DNA of 63,911 nucleotides, filler included, from Bacteroidales bacterium (GTDB lineage: Bacteria; Bacteroidota; Bacteroidia; Bacteroidales; CAIWKO01): assembly GCA_035389045.1 (NCBI GenBank). It is 4 parts of 4 records of this genome, joined end to end, with 100 filler letters (N's around TTAATTAATTAA, not from the genome) between each part and the next. Parts side by side here need not be neighbours in the genome. Positions count along the whole stretch, not along the records: positions 33,836 to 50,226 come from DAOORA010000084.1; positions 50,327 to 63,911 come from DAOORA010000093.1; 2 more parts are not named here. One strand, written 5' to 3'. Below, piece after piece: positions 40,766 through 51,705 of the stretch; position 1 is the stretch's first letter, and each line of letters begins with the position of its first letter. The notes under the pieces were generated by a model, which had not been told where the DNA came from, made no database searches, and saw nothing but the letters and a program-made list of their open reading frames with translations. The position numbers and the translations under genes are program-made.

Positions 40766-42892
40766 ATGAATGGAAATATGCGGGATAATAGAATGAAATT
40801 TTTTCTATTGGGTTTTAACACTGTCGTCATACAATTGGTCGCTCTGCGCGAGTTGTTCAGTATTTTTTCAGGTAATGAACTGCTTGCCGGCCTGGTGTTG
40901 TCCTGCTGGTTCATATTTACAGGCCTGGGGGCCTTATTGGCAAAATTTTTTTACAGCAAAGCAAAGCCTTACTGGTCCGACTTGCTATTGACACTGCCTT
41001 TGGCTCTGATTGTGCTATTTTTGCTTGGATTTACTTATTTTAAGAATCAATTGTTTCTGACCGGGGTAATGCCGGGCCCTGTCGAAATTTTTCTCACGGC
41101 TGCCGGTATCTTATTTCCTGTGTGCATTTTATCCGGTGCTGCCTTCACTGTCTTATGCAAAAAGTCATCTGCCGGTAAAAATGAAATTGCTTCGTATTAT
41201 GCTTTTGAATCCTTAGGAAGTATCGCCAGTGGCGCTTTATTCAGCTTTGTGCTGATTCACTTTTTTGATGCGTATCAGATAATTGTCATCATTGCATTAA
41301 TAAATGTATTCTTTTTTATTGTTTTTTTCATCGGCAGCAGTACGATGAGAAGTATATGGTTTGTGTTATTCTTTCTGCTTTCCCTGTCAGGCGTGCTCAC
41401 GTTTACGGATATTAAAAGCACTGCACTTACAAAACTATACAACGGACAACATATTGTTGAAACGGTTGAAAATGAGTATGGCAAACTGGTAGTTACCGAA
41501 AATTCCGGACAGTTTAATATGTTCGATAATGGCGTGCTTGTCAATACAGGGAGTAACGAGATGTCTACCGAAGAATCAGTCCACTACGCCATGATACAAC
41601 GGCCACTTTCGCGGAATGTACTGCAGGTGTCGGGTAATATCGGACTGACTGAACAGGAGATACGAAAATACTCGGTAAAGCAAATAGATTATGTGACTAT
41701 TAATAAGAAGGTAAGCGAACTTGAAAAAAAATATTTCTCTTCGGGAGTTAGCGGGAATTTCACGCAATTTTTTATGGATCCGGGGATATTTATCCGGAAA
41801 GCCGGCACTGATTATGATGTTGTATTGTTGAATACTCCGGAGCCCATGTATGCCCGGACAAATCGTTTTTATACCAGGGAATTTTTTGAAGACCTGAAAA
41901 AATGTATGAATGCCGATGCTGTGATCGGGCTTAGTATGCCCGGAATAGAGAATTATATGAGTGAATCTTCGGCAGCTATGAATTCCTCAATATATAACAC
42001 ATTGAGATCAGTATTCGGGCAGGTGATCCTGATCCCTGGGAACAGATTGTTTTTTATCGCTTCGGACGGACCTCTTACCCTGAATATTGCGGCCGCCATC
42101 AGCAAATATAAGATAGAGAATCTTTATGTTAACGAATATTTTATTGATGATGCCCAAATGATCCGCAAATCGGATAAGATACTAATGGAACTGGATTTGA
42201 ATGCACCTGTAAATCATGATTTCAGACCGGTAACCTATTTTTACGCACTGAAATTCTGGCTCAGTCATTATCAGGTGAGTTTATTTGTCCCGTTGCTCGT
42301 GATCTGTGTTGTTTTTTTATTATTTCTTATTTTTCTGCGCCCCGTGAATATTAATCTGCTGACCAGCGGATTTACTGCCTCAGCGGTTGAAATTATTGTA
42401 ATTATTGCTTTTCAGGCTATTTTTGGATATGTGTATTCACAGATTGGAATTATTTTCACACTTTTTATGGCAGGATTGTTTACGGGAGCTTTTTTTCTTT
42501 CAGCGTTATTAAAACCCCGCTTTGGTTATTTCATGGGTTTACAGGTTACACTGTTGATCTTTTTATTGATCGTTTGGTTGTTTTTCTCCGGTCGTTTACA
42601 TTCCGGTACGTTGACGCAAATCATCTTATTTTTCATTGTGTTTATTCAGGCAGTTATCACCGGTGGCCAGTTTTCTTTATCCACCAAAATAAAAGATCAG
42701 CCGGCTGCTGTGAATGCAGGAAACTCATATGGTATTGAACTGTTTGGATCGGGAGCAGGGGCCTTGCTGATCACCACACTTGCCGTACCTTTGATCGGGA
42801 TTCCCGGAACGCTTTTAGCCCTGCTTGCCGTTAATACAGCTGGCATGGTGGTGATACTTGTCAACAAATTGTTATGCAAAAGATTTATGTGA
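40766..42892 (+). CDS. Fused membrane/spermidine-synthase-like protein
   Basis: Q...RE...F.GNEL TM block, YAFESLGS, EESVHYAM, NRFYTREFF, NHDFRP and a second TM block; start may be 40778 or 40793. Confidence 0.78.
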   Translation: MNGNMRDNRMKFFLLGFNTVVIQLVALRELFSIFSGNELLAGLVLSCWFIFTGLGALLAKFFYSKAKPYWSDLLLTLPLALIVLFLLGFTYFKNQLFLTGVMPGPVEIFLTAAGILFPVCILSGAAFTVLCKKSSAGKNEIASYYAFESLGSIASGALFSFVLIHFFDAYQIIVIIALINVFFFIVFFIGSSTMRSIWFVLFFLLSLSGVLTFTDIKSTALTKLYNGQHIVETVENEYGKLVVTENSGQFNMFDNGVLVNTGSNEMSTEESVHYAMIQRPLSRNVLQVSGNIGLTEQEIRKYSVKQIDYVTINKKVSELEKKYFSSGVSGNFTQFFMDPGIFIRKAGTDYDVVLLNTPEPMYARTNRFYTREFFEDLKKCMNADAVIGLSMPGIENYMSESSAAMNSSIYNTLRSVFGQVILIPGNRLFFIASDGPLTLNIAAAISKYKIENLYVNEYFIDDAQMIRKSDKILMELDLNAPVNHDFRPVTYFYALKFWLSHYQVSLFVPLLVICVVFLLFLIFLRPVNINLLTSGFTASAVEIIVIIAFQAIFGYVYSQIGIIFTLFMAGLFTGAFFLSALLKPRFGYFMGLQVTLLIFLLIVWLFFSGRLHSGTLTQIILFFIVFIQAVITGGQFSLSTKIKDQPAAVNAGNSYGIELFGSGAGALLITTLAVPLIGIPGTLLALLAVNTAGMVVILVNKLLCKRFM

Positions 42893-42930
42893 AAAAAAAA
42901 GCCTTGCTTTACATTAGCAAGGCTTTTTTT
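42893..42930. terminator. Bidirectional intrinsic terminator
   Basis: A-run, GCCTTGCT/AGCAAGGC stem and T-run between convergent genes. Confidence 0.85.
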
Positions 42931-42955
42931 CAGATAAAGGTGCTTATGCACTTTT

Positions 42956-44788
42956 TTATTTGGTAACCTGTTCGAGGCGTTTCATGATCGAAAAAATAAA
43001 TATGGCGGCCAGGATGCATACAATGATGAAGATTCCCCAGAGCATATAAAGTTCAATTTTTCCCCACATCAGGCTGCCGATAAACAAAAATTTGTTACCG
43101 GTTGCGGTTGCCAGTAACCATCCTCCCTGCATCAATCCCTGGAACCGTGGTGGCGCCACTTTTGAGACAAACGACAACCCGATAGGACTTAAGAAAAGTT
43201 CGGCGATGGTGAGCACCAGGTATGAGCTCATGAGCCAGTACGGTGAAACGCGTCCGCTTTCCAATACAGCCAGGCCGCCCATATCCTTGGGAGCAACCAG
43301 ATTGAGGGATGCGATTAAGACGATTACAAAACCCACAGCAGCGATAATCATTCCAATACCGATTTTGCGGGGAGATGAAGGCTCTTTTCCTTTCCTGTTC
43401 ATGGCGGAGAATATTCCCATAACAAGAGGAGTCAAAGCTACGATGAACAAAGGATTGAACGACTGGAACACTTCAGGCGAAATGGAATTTTTGGAATCAG
43501 CATGGCTTGCTATGTAGTAACATAAAAAGCCAAATCCTAAAAACATGATGGCTCCTGCAATTTTAAACACCGGTTTTTTCTTAAAAAACAGTAAGGCACA
43601 ACCGGCGATTGCAGCTATTACGCATAATATGGATTCGAGGTTGAAAAATAAATTGGTGAACGGACCCACATATTGTGCCGTATAGTCGCGGGCGAACATG
43701 GTCAGGGTAAGACCGTTCTGATGGAACGACATCCAGAAAAAGATCACCACCAGAAAAACCAGGCTGAGAGCAACCACCCGGGGGCGTTCTTCTTTGTTGG
43801 ATAGTAAAAAAACCATGCTGACAAACCCGACAAATAACCCAACAGCCAGCCCTAACTGGTAATTGATATCTTTTATTTCGGTGAATTGATCGGCAATAGT
43901 AAATGCTACTGCAACCACAGCCATCAGTCCCAGGGAAATGACGATAGCTTTTATGTTACTGCCCAAACTCAATCCTGATTTGGAAGCGTTGGCGGAAACC
44001 TCTGCTGCGGGCTGGGACTTTTGTTTTGCAGGAATCAGCTTGTTGAAAATTATATAAATAAGTAACGACAATATCATGGCGCCGGCAGCGCAGGCAAAGG
44101 CATAATTGAATCCGGTGGAGAACACATCAATATAATCTTTTGCAAAAATACTGAGGTCGGCCGATTTTCCTCCTCCGGGTACAATAGCGGCATTGGCTAA
44201 TGTCTGTAATTGTTCAGTGTCTTTCAGCGTGCCATTATTAAATTGATGACATAATGATGGAAGGTCAGCATTTTCTAAATATCCATTTGTTTTCAGCCAC
44301 CAGTTTTTTACTCCTTTTGCCACAAACGGGGCGAAAAAGGCGCCGATATTGATCCCCATATAAAAGATCATAAAAGCGCTGTCACGGAATTTTTTATATT
44401 TTTCATTATCATACATTTGTCCGACAACGGCTTGCAGATTGCCTTTGAATAAACCATTACCCAGGGCTATAATCATCAGTGCTCCCACCGATACGGCCAA
44501 GGTGCTACCCGGTATGGCAATGAGGCAGTATCCTGCAAACATGATGACCTGACCTACAAAAATTACTGTTTTATACTTTTTGGTCCAGTCGGCTATCATA
44601 CCGCCGACAAGGGCAAGAGCGTAAATGGCAAAATAAAACCATGAATAAATAGTGCCGGCGTATTCGGCATCCAGACCGTAACGTGCCTGTAAAAACATGA
44701 CCAGGATAGCCATCATGGTGTAAAAGCCGAAGCGTTCTCCCATGTTCGTAAAAAATGCTACCAGCAAACCTTTCGGGTGATTTTTCAT
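42956..44788 (-). CDS. POT/PTR family proton-dependent oligopeptide MFS transporter
   Basis: HPKGL, ERFGFY, GNGLFKGN, FYMGINIG and ELFLSPIGLS motifs. Confidence 0.93.
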   Translation of the reverse strand: MKNHPKGLLVAFFTNMGERFGFYTMMAILVMFLQARYGLDAEYAGTIYSWFYFAIYALALVGGMIADWTKKYKTVIFVGQVIMFAGYCLIAIPGSTLAVSVGALMIIALGNGLFKGNLQAVVGQMYDNEKYKKFRDSAFMIFYMGINIGAFFAPFVAKGVKNWWLKTNGYLENADLPSLCHQFNNGTLKDTEQLQTLANAAIVPGGGKSADLSIFAKDYIDVFSTGFNYAFACAAGAMILSLLIYIIFNKLIPAKQKSQPAAEVSANASKSGLSLGSNIKAIVISLGLMAVVAVAFTIADQFTEIKDINYQLGLAVGLFVGFVSMVFLLSNKEERPRVVALSLVFLVVIFFWMSFHQNGLTLTMFARDYTAQYVGPFTNLFFNLESILCVIAAIAGCALLFFKKKPVFKIAGAIMFLGFGFLCYYIASHADSKNSISPEVFQSFNPLFIVALTPLVMGIFSAMNRKGKEPSSPRKIGIGMIIAAVGFVIVLIASLNLVAPKDMGGLAVLESGRVSPYWLMSSYLVLTIAELFLSPIGLSFVSKVAPPRFQGLMQGGWLLATATGNKFLFIGSLMWGKIELYMLWGIFIIVCILAAIFIFSIMKRLEQVTK

Positions 44789-45008
44789 AACATAAAATGA
44801 TTTAATGATTTAGGTCACAAACCTACTTGAAATTTTTGAATTATACAAATTATTGATTTAAAATAAATACAACAGCCTTATTATAAGGTAATTAGTTATA
44901 AGGCAAGATCAGCCGGTGTGCAATAACCTTAACGCTTCAACGAACACTTTCATGTGAAAATCAATACCTGCAAGAAAAATTTTAGACACTGAAACATGTC
45001 TATTCAAA

Positions 45009-47117
45009 CTAAAATTTGAACCTTACCTGTGCCTTGATCTCCGATTGTTTATTGCCGTTTATTTCATTTAGTCCCGAACTTATCGCAGTTTTATTATCAT
45101 AAAAGGTTTGTGCAAAACGCAACCAGATATCAATATGCCTTCCCAGTCTGTATTTCAGCATCAAATAATACCGGATTCCTTTATCATAAAACATAGGGAT
45201 GGAGTATGCATATAAAACATCATTTTCGTAGGCATACATCCGGGAATTATAGGATTTGGTGTCAAACAATGCGAAACGTAACGAAAAGGATAACGGGGAT
45301 TTGGATGTTTTATAACGGATGTCCTGATATATCAGATAGCCGTATTCAGGATCCGAAGAGTTTTTTTTGTATCGCGAAACCTCAACCCTGTTAGCGAAAG
45401 TAAATGAACCGGAAACAGGGTATGAAATGTGAAAACGGTAATTCTGGCGTGAATAAGGGATGTTGTAATCAATGGCTGCTTCTTCATCATCGCTGACTGT
45501 GTATTTGTTCTCAAATTTATACCGGAGGTTAATGGTAATTTTTTTGGTCGGCTTATACTGAAGGGAAACATTACAATCAAAGCCGTTGGAAGGACTGTTG
45601 ACCAGGTATTTCAGCCATGGGAAGGAATAAAAATCAGCAAAAGCATTGATAAGGATTTTATAATGAGGCTTAATAGCAATACCGGTATAGAATCCGGTTT
45701 CGTTATACGGATTGCCGCTTTCACCGAAGGGTGAGGTGAACATGGACTGGTAAGTCCGCTGGTAATAACGATGGGCCACAACGAAGGAAACATAGCGGTC
45801 GAGGCTTGCCATAATACCGTTGAAGGTTGCTATACCGCCGTTCTGGCTCCGTGCAGTTTCCCCGAATATGTTGAAATTGCGGACGATGTAGCTGTAATCA
45901 ATTCCGATATTGAAATTATTCTGTCCGCGGAATTCAAAAGTATTATAAGGTTTCACCATATCCATCAGGGGCGCTCCGAGGTGCATGCCGTAAGCAGTTA
46001 CGCCTATATTTAGTGCCTTGGTTTTATAAGCCAGGTGGCCGCCGAACACCTGTTCGCTGATGGCCTTTTTTTTATCCGCTTTGCTAAGCGTATTATGAAG
46101 CCCGTCTTCTGTTATGGAAGTTATGACATAGTCGGTATATTCCATAGTGTCGCTGCCGCTGACCGAAGCGTCGATATTTTTGTAGGAATAAAAACCGGTA
46201 AGTTCGAAATTTTTTATACCCAGGGTGAATCCCGCACCACGCATAAACCCGCTTTCGTAAGCCGAAGAATACGGGCTGATGCCGCGGGCAAGTTTTTTAA
46301 TATTGGCGGCTTCGCTCGACTTACCGAAACTCAGTCCGGTCCACAGGGTAAGACCCTGCCCGAACTGAACATTGAAATCACCAAGGACAATATTTTTCAA
46401 TATGCCGATGTTCCTTACATTAATAAACCCCGAATAATAATCGAACCCATAACGGTTTATCCCCTTAAAAAACTGTTCACCGGCATCTTTCTCGGCCGTA
46501 AATCCCAATAATACCTTATTATAATAGTTAAAACGGTATTTTGCATAAATTTTATCGGGACTGCCTAAATAATGCGAATTAGGGCTGAGGGCGTACACCG
46601 AGTCAGGAACATCTATGTATCCGTCTTGTTTTTCGAGCACACGCTGGTACCGGATAAAAAGATCATTTTTACCGAATTTGACCATCTCTTTCAGGTTAAA
46701 GGATGATTTTTCAGGCGTCAGTCCTATGGTAATATAGGGGAGAAGATGTGTTATTATTTCATTGTCAAATCCTTGTACCGACTGTAATTCGTAAATGGAA
46801 AGCAGTTTTCCGTTTTTTCGTATATGCTCGATCAGGTTGTTGATCTGTATGTCAGTCAGGATTTTTAGTTCGGCAAGTTCTTCAAAATCAGCAGTATTTA
46901 TATTGACCGGGTGTTTAATAAAATACTCCAGATCAGAAAGCAGGTCACTGTAATCTATTTCTGCGCCGGTTTGTTCACTGTAATTTTCAATCTTTTCAAT
47001 CTGCTGTTCATCTATGGTACTGTCCGGCTCCACTTCCTGTGCCTTCAGCAATGTACAGGAGCAAATGAAAAATATATTGAAAAAAATTAAAAGCAGTGTT
47101 TTTTTGTATCGTTTCAT
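45009..47117 (-). CDS. Helix-hairpin-helix (ComEA-like) domain outer-membrane protein
   Basis: PVNINTA..EEL...IYEL..V.G HhH motif; EKDAGE, GQGL, YAYENDVLY and a C-terminal Phe. Confidence 0.8.
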   Translation of the reverse strand: MKRYKKTLLLIFFNIFFICSCTLLKAQEVEPDSTIDEQQIEKIENYSEQTGAEIDYSDLLSDLEYFIKHPVNINTADFEELAELKILTDIQINNLIEHIRKNGKLLSIYELQSVQGFDNEIITHLLPYITIGLTPEKSSFNLKEMVKFGKNDLFIRYQRVLEKQDGYIDVPDSVYALSPNSHYLGSPDKIYAKYRFNYYNKVLLGFTAEKDAGEQFFKGINRYGFDYYSGFINVRNIGILKNIVLGDFNVQFGQGLTLWTGLSFGKSSEAANIKKLARGISPYSSAYESGFMRGAGFTLGIKNFELTGFYSYKNIDASVSGSDTMEYTDYVITSITEDGLHNTLSKADKKKAISEQVFGGHLAYKTKALNIGVTAYGMHLGAPLMDMVKPYNTFEFRGQNNFNIGIDYSYIVRNFNIFGETARSQNGGIATFNGIMASLDRYVSFVVAHRYYQRTYQSMFTSPFGESGNPYNETGFYTGIAIKPHYKILINAFADFYSFPWLKYLVNSPSNGFDCNVSLQYKPTKKITINLRYKFENKYTVSDDEEAAIDYNIPYSRQNYRFHISYPVSGSFTFANRVEVSRYKKNSSDPEYGYLIYQDIRYKTSKSPLSFSLRFALFDTKSYNSRMYAYENDVLYAYSIPMFYDKGIRYYLMLKYRLGRHIDIWLRFAQTFYDNKTAISSGLNEINGNKQSEIKAQVRFKF

Positions 47118-47239
47118 GGTAGTGGGTTTATTGAACGAAACTGAAGCGGTCGGATAAGAGTATTTTCATAGACTAACAGGTTGAATAAAAATGCTGGGAA
47201 CTCTGCGATAATGTGAATTCAATCCGTATCGGACATGTA

Positions 47240-48091
47240 TTAATAAAAACTTTTCTTTTTCGAAATCCGGGAATGGATGTCATAAACCAGGGATGCCTGC
47301 GGTGAAAACCCCAGCACCGGATGCCGTGAGGCGGAGATATCCAGTTTAAACCGATAGAATTCAAACCCGGCGCCAAAAGAATAAACAAAGGGATTGGTGG
47401 CTATGCCTATCCTTATGAATACCGGTTTTACAATATGATATTCCAGCCCTGTTTTAAATACCGGTTTGAAATTATTGTCTTTTTCTACTTCTGCAGCCAA
47501 TACCGCTTTATCAGAAAAAGTATAAGAGAGGCCTATTTTGAAAATTACCGGGAGCCGTTCATTATTATATGAAGCCAGTTTGGCCTGTATGGGATTGAAG
47601 ATATGTGCTCCGATGATCAGGTTTTTAATTATTTTGGCTCTTATTCCTGCTTCAAAGGTCACTGCGCCTTTGTTTCCGTAATTTTCTGCAATATGGGTAT
47701 ATATATAATCCAGCTGTATGCCTGCGGATATGTTTTCACCAAATGCCATACCGTAGGCCAGTCCGATTTTTGATTCATTATATAATTTATACCCGAGGCT
47801 TGATACATTTAATCCGAAAACACCGGCTTTGTTAACAGGAATAACAAGAGAAAAACATTTCAACCCTAATTCTTTGGTGATGAAACGGTTTTCGTAAAAT
47901 ATCCCTGCAGCAACCTTATCGTAATAGGCCATGGCAGCCTGATTGTTATGCACGGCCCAGAAATCTGTCAGTGTCACCGAGGCGTTGCCCATAGCTCCGG
48001 AACGGCTTCCTATCGGAACGTTTTCTTTTTGTGCTGCAGCAATGAATGGAATGATAATGAAAAATAGTATGATAATTGTTTTTTTTGTCAT
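47240..48091 (-). CDS. Putative outer-membrane beta-barrel protein (PorV/PorP-like superfamily)
   Basis: Signal peptide, GSRSGAMG..S..L, NQA motif, amphipathic strands and HPVLG near the C-terminus. Confidence 0.6.
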   Translation of the reverse strand: MTKKTIIILFFIIIPFIAAAQKENVPIGSRSGAMGNASVTLTDFWAVHNNQAAMAYYDKVAAGIFYENRFITKELGLKCFSLVIPVNKAGVFGLNVSSLGYKLYNESKIGLAYGMAFGENISAGIQLDYIYTHIAENYGNKGAVTFEAGIRAKIIKNLIIGAHIFNPIQAKLASYNNERLPVIFKIGLSYTFSDKAVLAAEVEKDNNFKPVFKTGLEYHIVKPVFIRIGIATNPFVYSFGAGFEFYRFKLDISASRHPVLGFSPQASLVYDIHSRISKKKSFY

Positions 48092-48095
48092 CAGC

Positions 48096-48599
48096 TTAAG
48101 TTTTATATGGATAATTTATTTTGCTTAGTTCTTCGTTTGCCTTAACAATTTTTGTTTTAAGATTTTCTTTGTATTGCAGATTTTTTCTCATAAGTGTTTC
48201 ATCACTCAGCGAAAGAATCTGTAAGGCAAGTATGGCTGCATTCTGGGCTCCGTTCAGGGCAACAGTTGCCACAGGTATTCCCGGAGGCATCTGCAAAATA
48301 GCGAGTATGGAATCAAGGCCTTCCAGGGAGGATTTGATAGGTACACCTATCACCGGCAATGGAGTCATGGCTGCGATAACCCCGGGCAGATGCGCCGCCA
48401 TGCCGGCTCCGGCAATAATGACTTTTATCCCGCGGTCTTTTGCGTTTTTTGCAAAATCGCTCACTTCATCAGGGGTCCGGTGAGCCGATAAGGCATTCAT
48501 TTCAAACGGGATCTGCATTTCATCAAGGAACCGGGCCGCCGCCTCCATCACAGGAAGGTCGGAGGTACTTCCCATGATTATACTTACTAATGGTTTCAT
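48096..48599 (-). CDS. purE: N5-carboxyaminoimidazole ribonucleotide mutase
   Basis: [22 protein letters not shown] and [19 protein letters not shown] -7 box at 48618-48625. Confidence 0.97.
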   Translation of the reverse strand: MKPLVSIIMGSTSDLPVMEAAARFLDEMQIPFEMNALSAHRTPDEVSDFAKNAKDRGIKVIIAGAGMAAHLPGVIAAMTPLPVIGVPIKSSLEGLDSILAILQMPPGIPVATVALNGAQNAAILALQILSLSDETLMRKNLQYKENLKTKIVKANEELSKINYPYKT

Positions 48600-48689
48600 A
48601 ATGGAAAATTTTCCTTACAAAGATAAAATATTTATAATTTTATGACCGTAATGATTGAAATTTGTATTTTAGCCATGTAAAATTATTTT

Positions 48690-49223
48690 ATGAAAAGGGT
48701 GACCCTTCACGATAAAACATTCGAATTGTCGGTTCCTGCTGAGAAGATTCAGCAGGCTGTGAACCGATTGGCACAGCAAATCAATAATGATTACTCGGGC
48801 AGCCAGCCGGTTTTTCTTGTTATACTTAACGGATCTTTTATGTTTGCTGCCGACCTGATGAAACAAATTGATTTCAATTGTGAGGTGAGTTTTGTAAAAC
48901 TTTCTTCCTATTCAGGAACAGAATCAACACACAAGGTAAGGGAATTGATAGGTGTTGATGAAAGTATAAAAGGGAAACGGATTATTGTTGTCGAAGACAT
49001 CATTGATTCCGGTATTACTATGGAACACATGATGAACGAACTGAAAAAAGTTGAACCTGAAGATGTCCGCATTGCCACTTTTCTGCTTAAACCCGATGCA
49101 TTGGCGAAGGATATCTCCATTGATTATATAGGTATTGAAATTCCAAATGATTTCATCGTTGGGTACGGATTGGATTATAACGGGCTCGGGCGTAATCTGC
49201 CCGATATATATAAGATTATTTAA
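48690..49223 (+). CDS. hpt: Hypoxanthine phosphoribosyltransferase
   Basis: LNGSFMF, SSYSG, VVEDIIDSG PRPP loop and FIVGYGLDY. Confidence 0.95.
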   Translation: MKRVTLHDKTFELSVPAEKIQQAVNRLAQQINNDYSGSQPVFLVILNGSFMFAADLMKQIDFNCEVSFVKLSSYSGTESTHKVRELIGVDESIKGKRIIVVEDIIDSGITMEHMMNELKKVEPEDVRIATFLLKPDALAKDISIDYIGIEIPNDFIVGYGLDYNGLGRNLPDIYKII

Positions 49224-49237
49224 TAAAAATTTTTATA

Positions 49238-49831
49238 ATGGTAAATATTATTTTATTTGGTGCTCCGGGAACAGGTAAAGGAACTCAGTCGGAAAATATC
49301 ATCAGCAAATATAAGTTGATTCACTTATCTACAGGTGATATTATGAGGGAAGAAATCGCAAAAGGGACACAGATCGGCGCTCTCGCAAAATCATACATTG
49401 ATAAAGGATTACTGGTTCCCGACAGTGTGATATTCAGAAACCTGTATTACAGGGCATCCGTGCATAAAAACTCCAACGGATTTATTTTTGACGGATTTCC
49501 GCGAACAATAAACCAGGCGGAGGTGCTCGACAAATTTTTAAACAAGAAAGGGTTTCCGATAGATATGGTGTTATATCTGGATGTTACCGAAAAAGAATCA
49601 TTTAACCGCATTATGTACCGGGCACAGCGTTCAAACCGTACTGACGATTCGGAAGAGATCATCTGGAAGCGAATTGAAGTTTACCACCAACAGACCAAAC
49701 CCCTGCTGAAATATTATGAAAAACAGAATAAAATGGTTACCATTGATGGTATGGGCTCCATTGAAAATGTGTTCGGACTGATTTCAGACGAAATTGATAA
49801 AATCTTTTCCAGGGTCAATTCGAACCTCTAA
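49238..49831 (+). CDS. adk: Adenylate kinase (short LID)
   Basis: GAPGTGKGTQ, HLSTGD, LVPD, FDGFPRT and RTDD. Confidence 0.93.
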   Translation: MVNIILFGAPGTGKGTQSENIISKYKLIHLSTGDIMREEIAKGTQIGALAKSYIDKGLLVPDSVIFRNLYYRASVHKNSNGFIFDGFPRTINQAEVLDKFLNKKGFPIDMVLYLDVTEKESFNRIMYRAQRSNRTDDSEEIIWKRIEVYHQQTKPLLKYYEKQNKMVTIDGMGSIENVFGLISDEIDKIFSRVNSNL

Positions 49832-49910
49832 GATCTTTTCCCCGCTCTTTGACCTGTGATTCAATTTCAGGTACAGCAAATACCTGGCTCTCCCTACCCA
49901 AGTGTAAATT

Positions 49911-50226
<316 letters not shown>

Positions 50227-50326
50227 NNNNNNNNNNNNNNNNNNNNNNNNNNNNNNNNNNNNNNNNNNNNTTAATTAATTAANNNNNNNNNNNNNNNNNN
50301 NNNNNNNNNNNNNNNNNNNNNNNNNN
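50227..50326. other. Artificial contig-joining spacer
   Basis: N44-TTAATTAATTAA-N44. Confidence 0.97.
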
Positions 50327-50563
50327 CGCGCGCCAAATATCGGCTAACCTGTCCCGAAAAAGCCGAATTGTTTCGCAGAAATCCGCCAGCTGGCGGATGC
50401 GCTGGCAAGAAAATATGCGGTGTGCTGAGCTTGCCGAAGCACGGTGTCAGGGAGTGGCCTGTGCGGAGCCTGCCTGGTGGCAGACAGGGTTCGATATATA
50501 TTTTCTTGTCCGCCAGCTGGCGGATTGGTACTTTTTGTTTCAAGACAAAAAGTACAATAAAAG
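50327..50563. mobile_element. Partial second copy (inverted) of the MITE-like element at 11-457, with three extra mini-insertions
   Basis: Reverse complement aligns with ~1-196; truncated by the contig start. Confidence 0.8.
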
Positions 50564-50987
50564 AAACAACATATAATTGAATATTCTGACTTTTATTTCG
50601 TGTTATATAGATACATTATCTATAATAGATCCAAATTTCATTTGCACTTTTAACCCAAATACCTACACTAAAATCAGAAGCATAAATCAAAATTTGTCCT
50701 GGCCTGATTTTGATTAAACAACGGTAACAGCTTGAAATTAATTCAATTCAAAACATCCTAATACTTCTTCCGCTATTAAAAGTTCAAGAATGTGTTTCTC
50801 GATACTTGTGCTTGTTGTACTTATTTTTGCCATGTGCCAAAGCTCGTATTTTTTTTCCAGCGCATCAAATTATAATTTTGCCGTAATTTCTGATGGGGCA
50901 TACTGTCCTCTGCCAATCTGAATATGCAATAAATTATTTATCTTTGCTGAAAATAAAGCTTTTTACTACTTATCTGATAATCTTATT

Positions 50988-51647
50988 ATGGAAATGGAAT
51001 ACAATACGCAGCGCCCGTTGCTGAATATCTCTGAATACGGGAGAAATGTACACAAAATGATTGAATATACCATGTCGCTGGAAGACCGTGAAGAACGAAA
51101 CAAAGCGGCAGCTACCATTGTTTCGGTCATGTGCACCCTCAATAACCCTCAGAAACTGGACACAGCAGAATTTAAACAAAAAATGTGGGATCACCTGTTT
51201 ATGATGTCGGATTATAAACTCGATGTTGATTCTCCTTTTCCCAAGCCCAACCCTGATAGTAAGGAATATGATAAGTTCCAGTGTTCCTATCCCAACAAAT
51301 ACATACGATACAGGCAGTATGGAAAGAATATTGAAAATATGATCTCAGAGGCCATAAATTATCAGGAAGGCGATGAGAAAGAAAACCTGATCCGTTTTAT
51401 CGCCAATCACCTGAAAAAACTCTATATCAGCTGGAACCGCGATTCTGTGACGGATGAAGTCATTCTTGAACATTTATCCATACTTTCCGATGGCAAACTT
51501 AAACTCGGTGAACATATGAAACTTGAAAACACCCGCGACCTGATTGCAGCCAATACACGAAAAAAAACTCCTTCAGGAGGCGGCCAGGGGGAAAATAAAA
51601 GTAATAAGTACCGCGACAAAAACTGGAAAAAGAAAAAACAACAATAA
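50988..51647 (+). CDS. DUF4290 family protein
   Basis: MEYNTQR..L...EYGR.V, KMWDHL, DVDSPFP and YRQYGK; precedes murA as is usual in Bacteroidota; TATCTTTG box at 50939-50946. Confidence 0.88.
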   Translation: MEMEYNTQRPLLNISEYGRNVHKMIEYTMSLEDREERNKAAATIVSVMCTLNNPQKLDTAEFKQKMWDHLFMMSDYKLDVDSPFPKPNPDSKEYDKFQCSYPNKYIRYRQYGKNIENMISEAINYQEGDEKENLIRFIANHLKKLYISWNRDSVTDEVILEHLSILSDGKLKLGEHMKLENTRDLIAANTRKKTPSGGGQGENKSNKYRDKNWKKKKQQ

Positions 51648-51705
51648 GCAAACTGTTGTTAAGGAAATAGTATCTTTTGATGTCTGATGTTTTAACGAAA
51701 ATCAT

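Noticed and set aside
50735..50930. Possible gene remnant on the minus strand (..DALEKKYELWHMAK..)
   Set aside because: Short, with no recognisable family; unsupported without a search.
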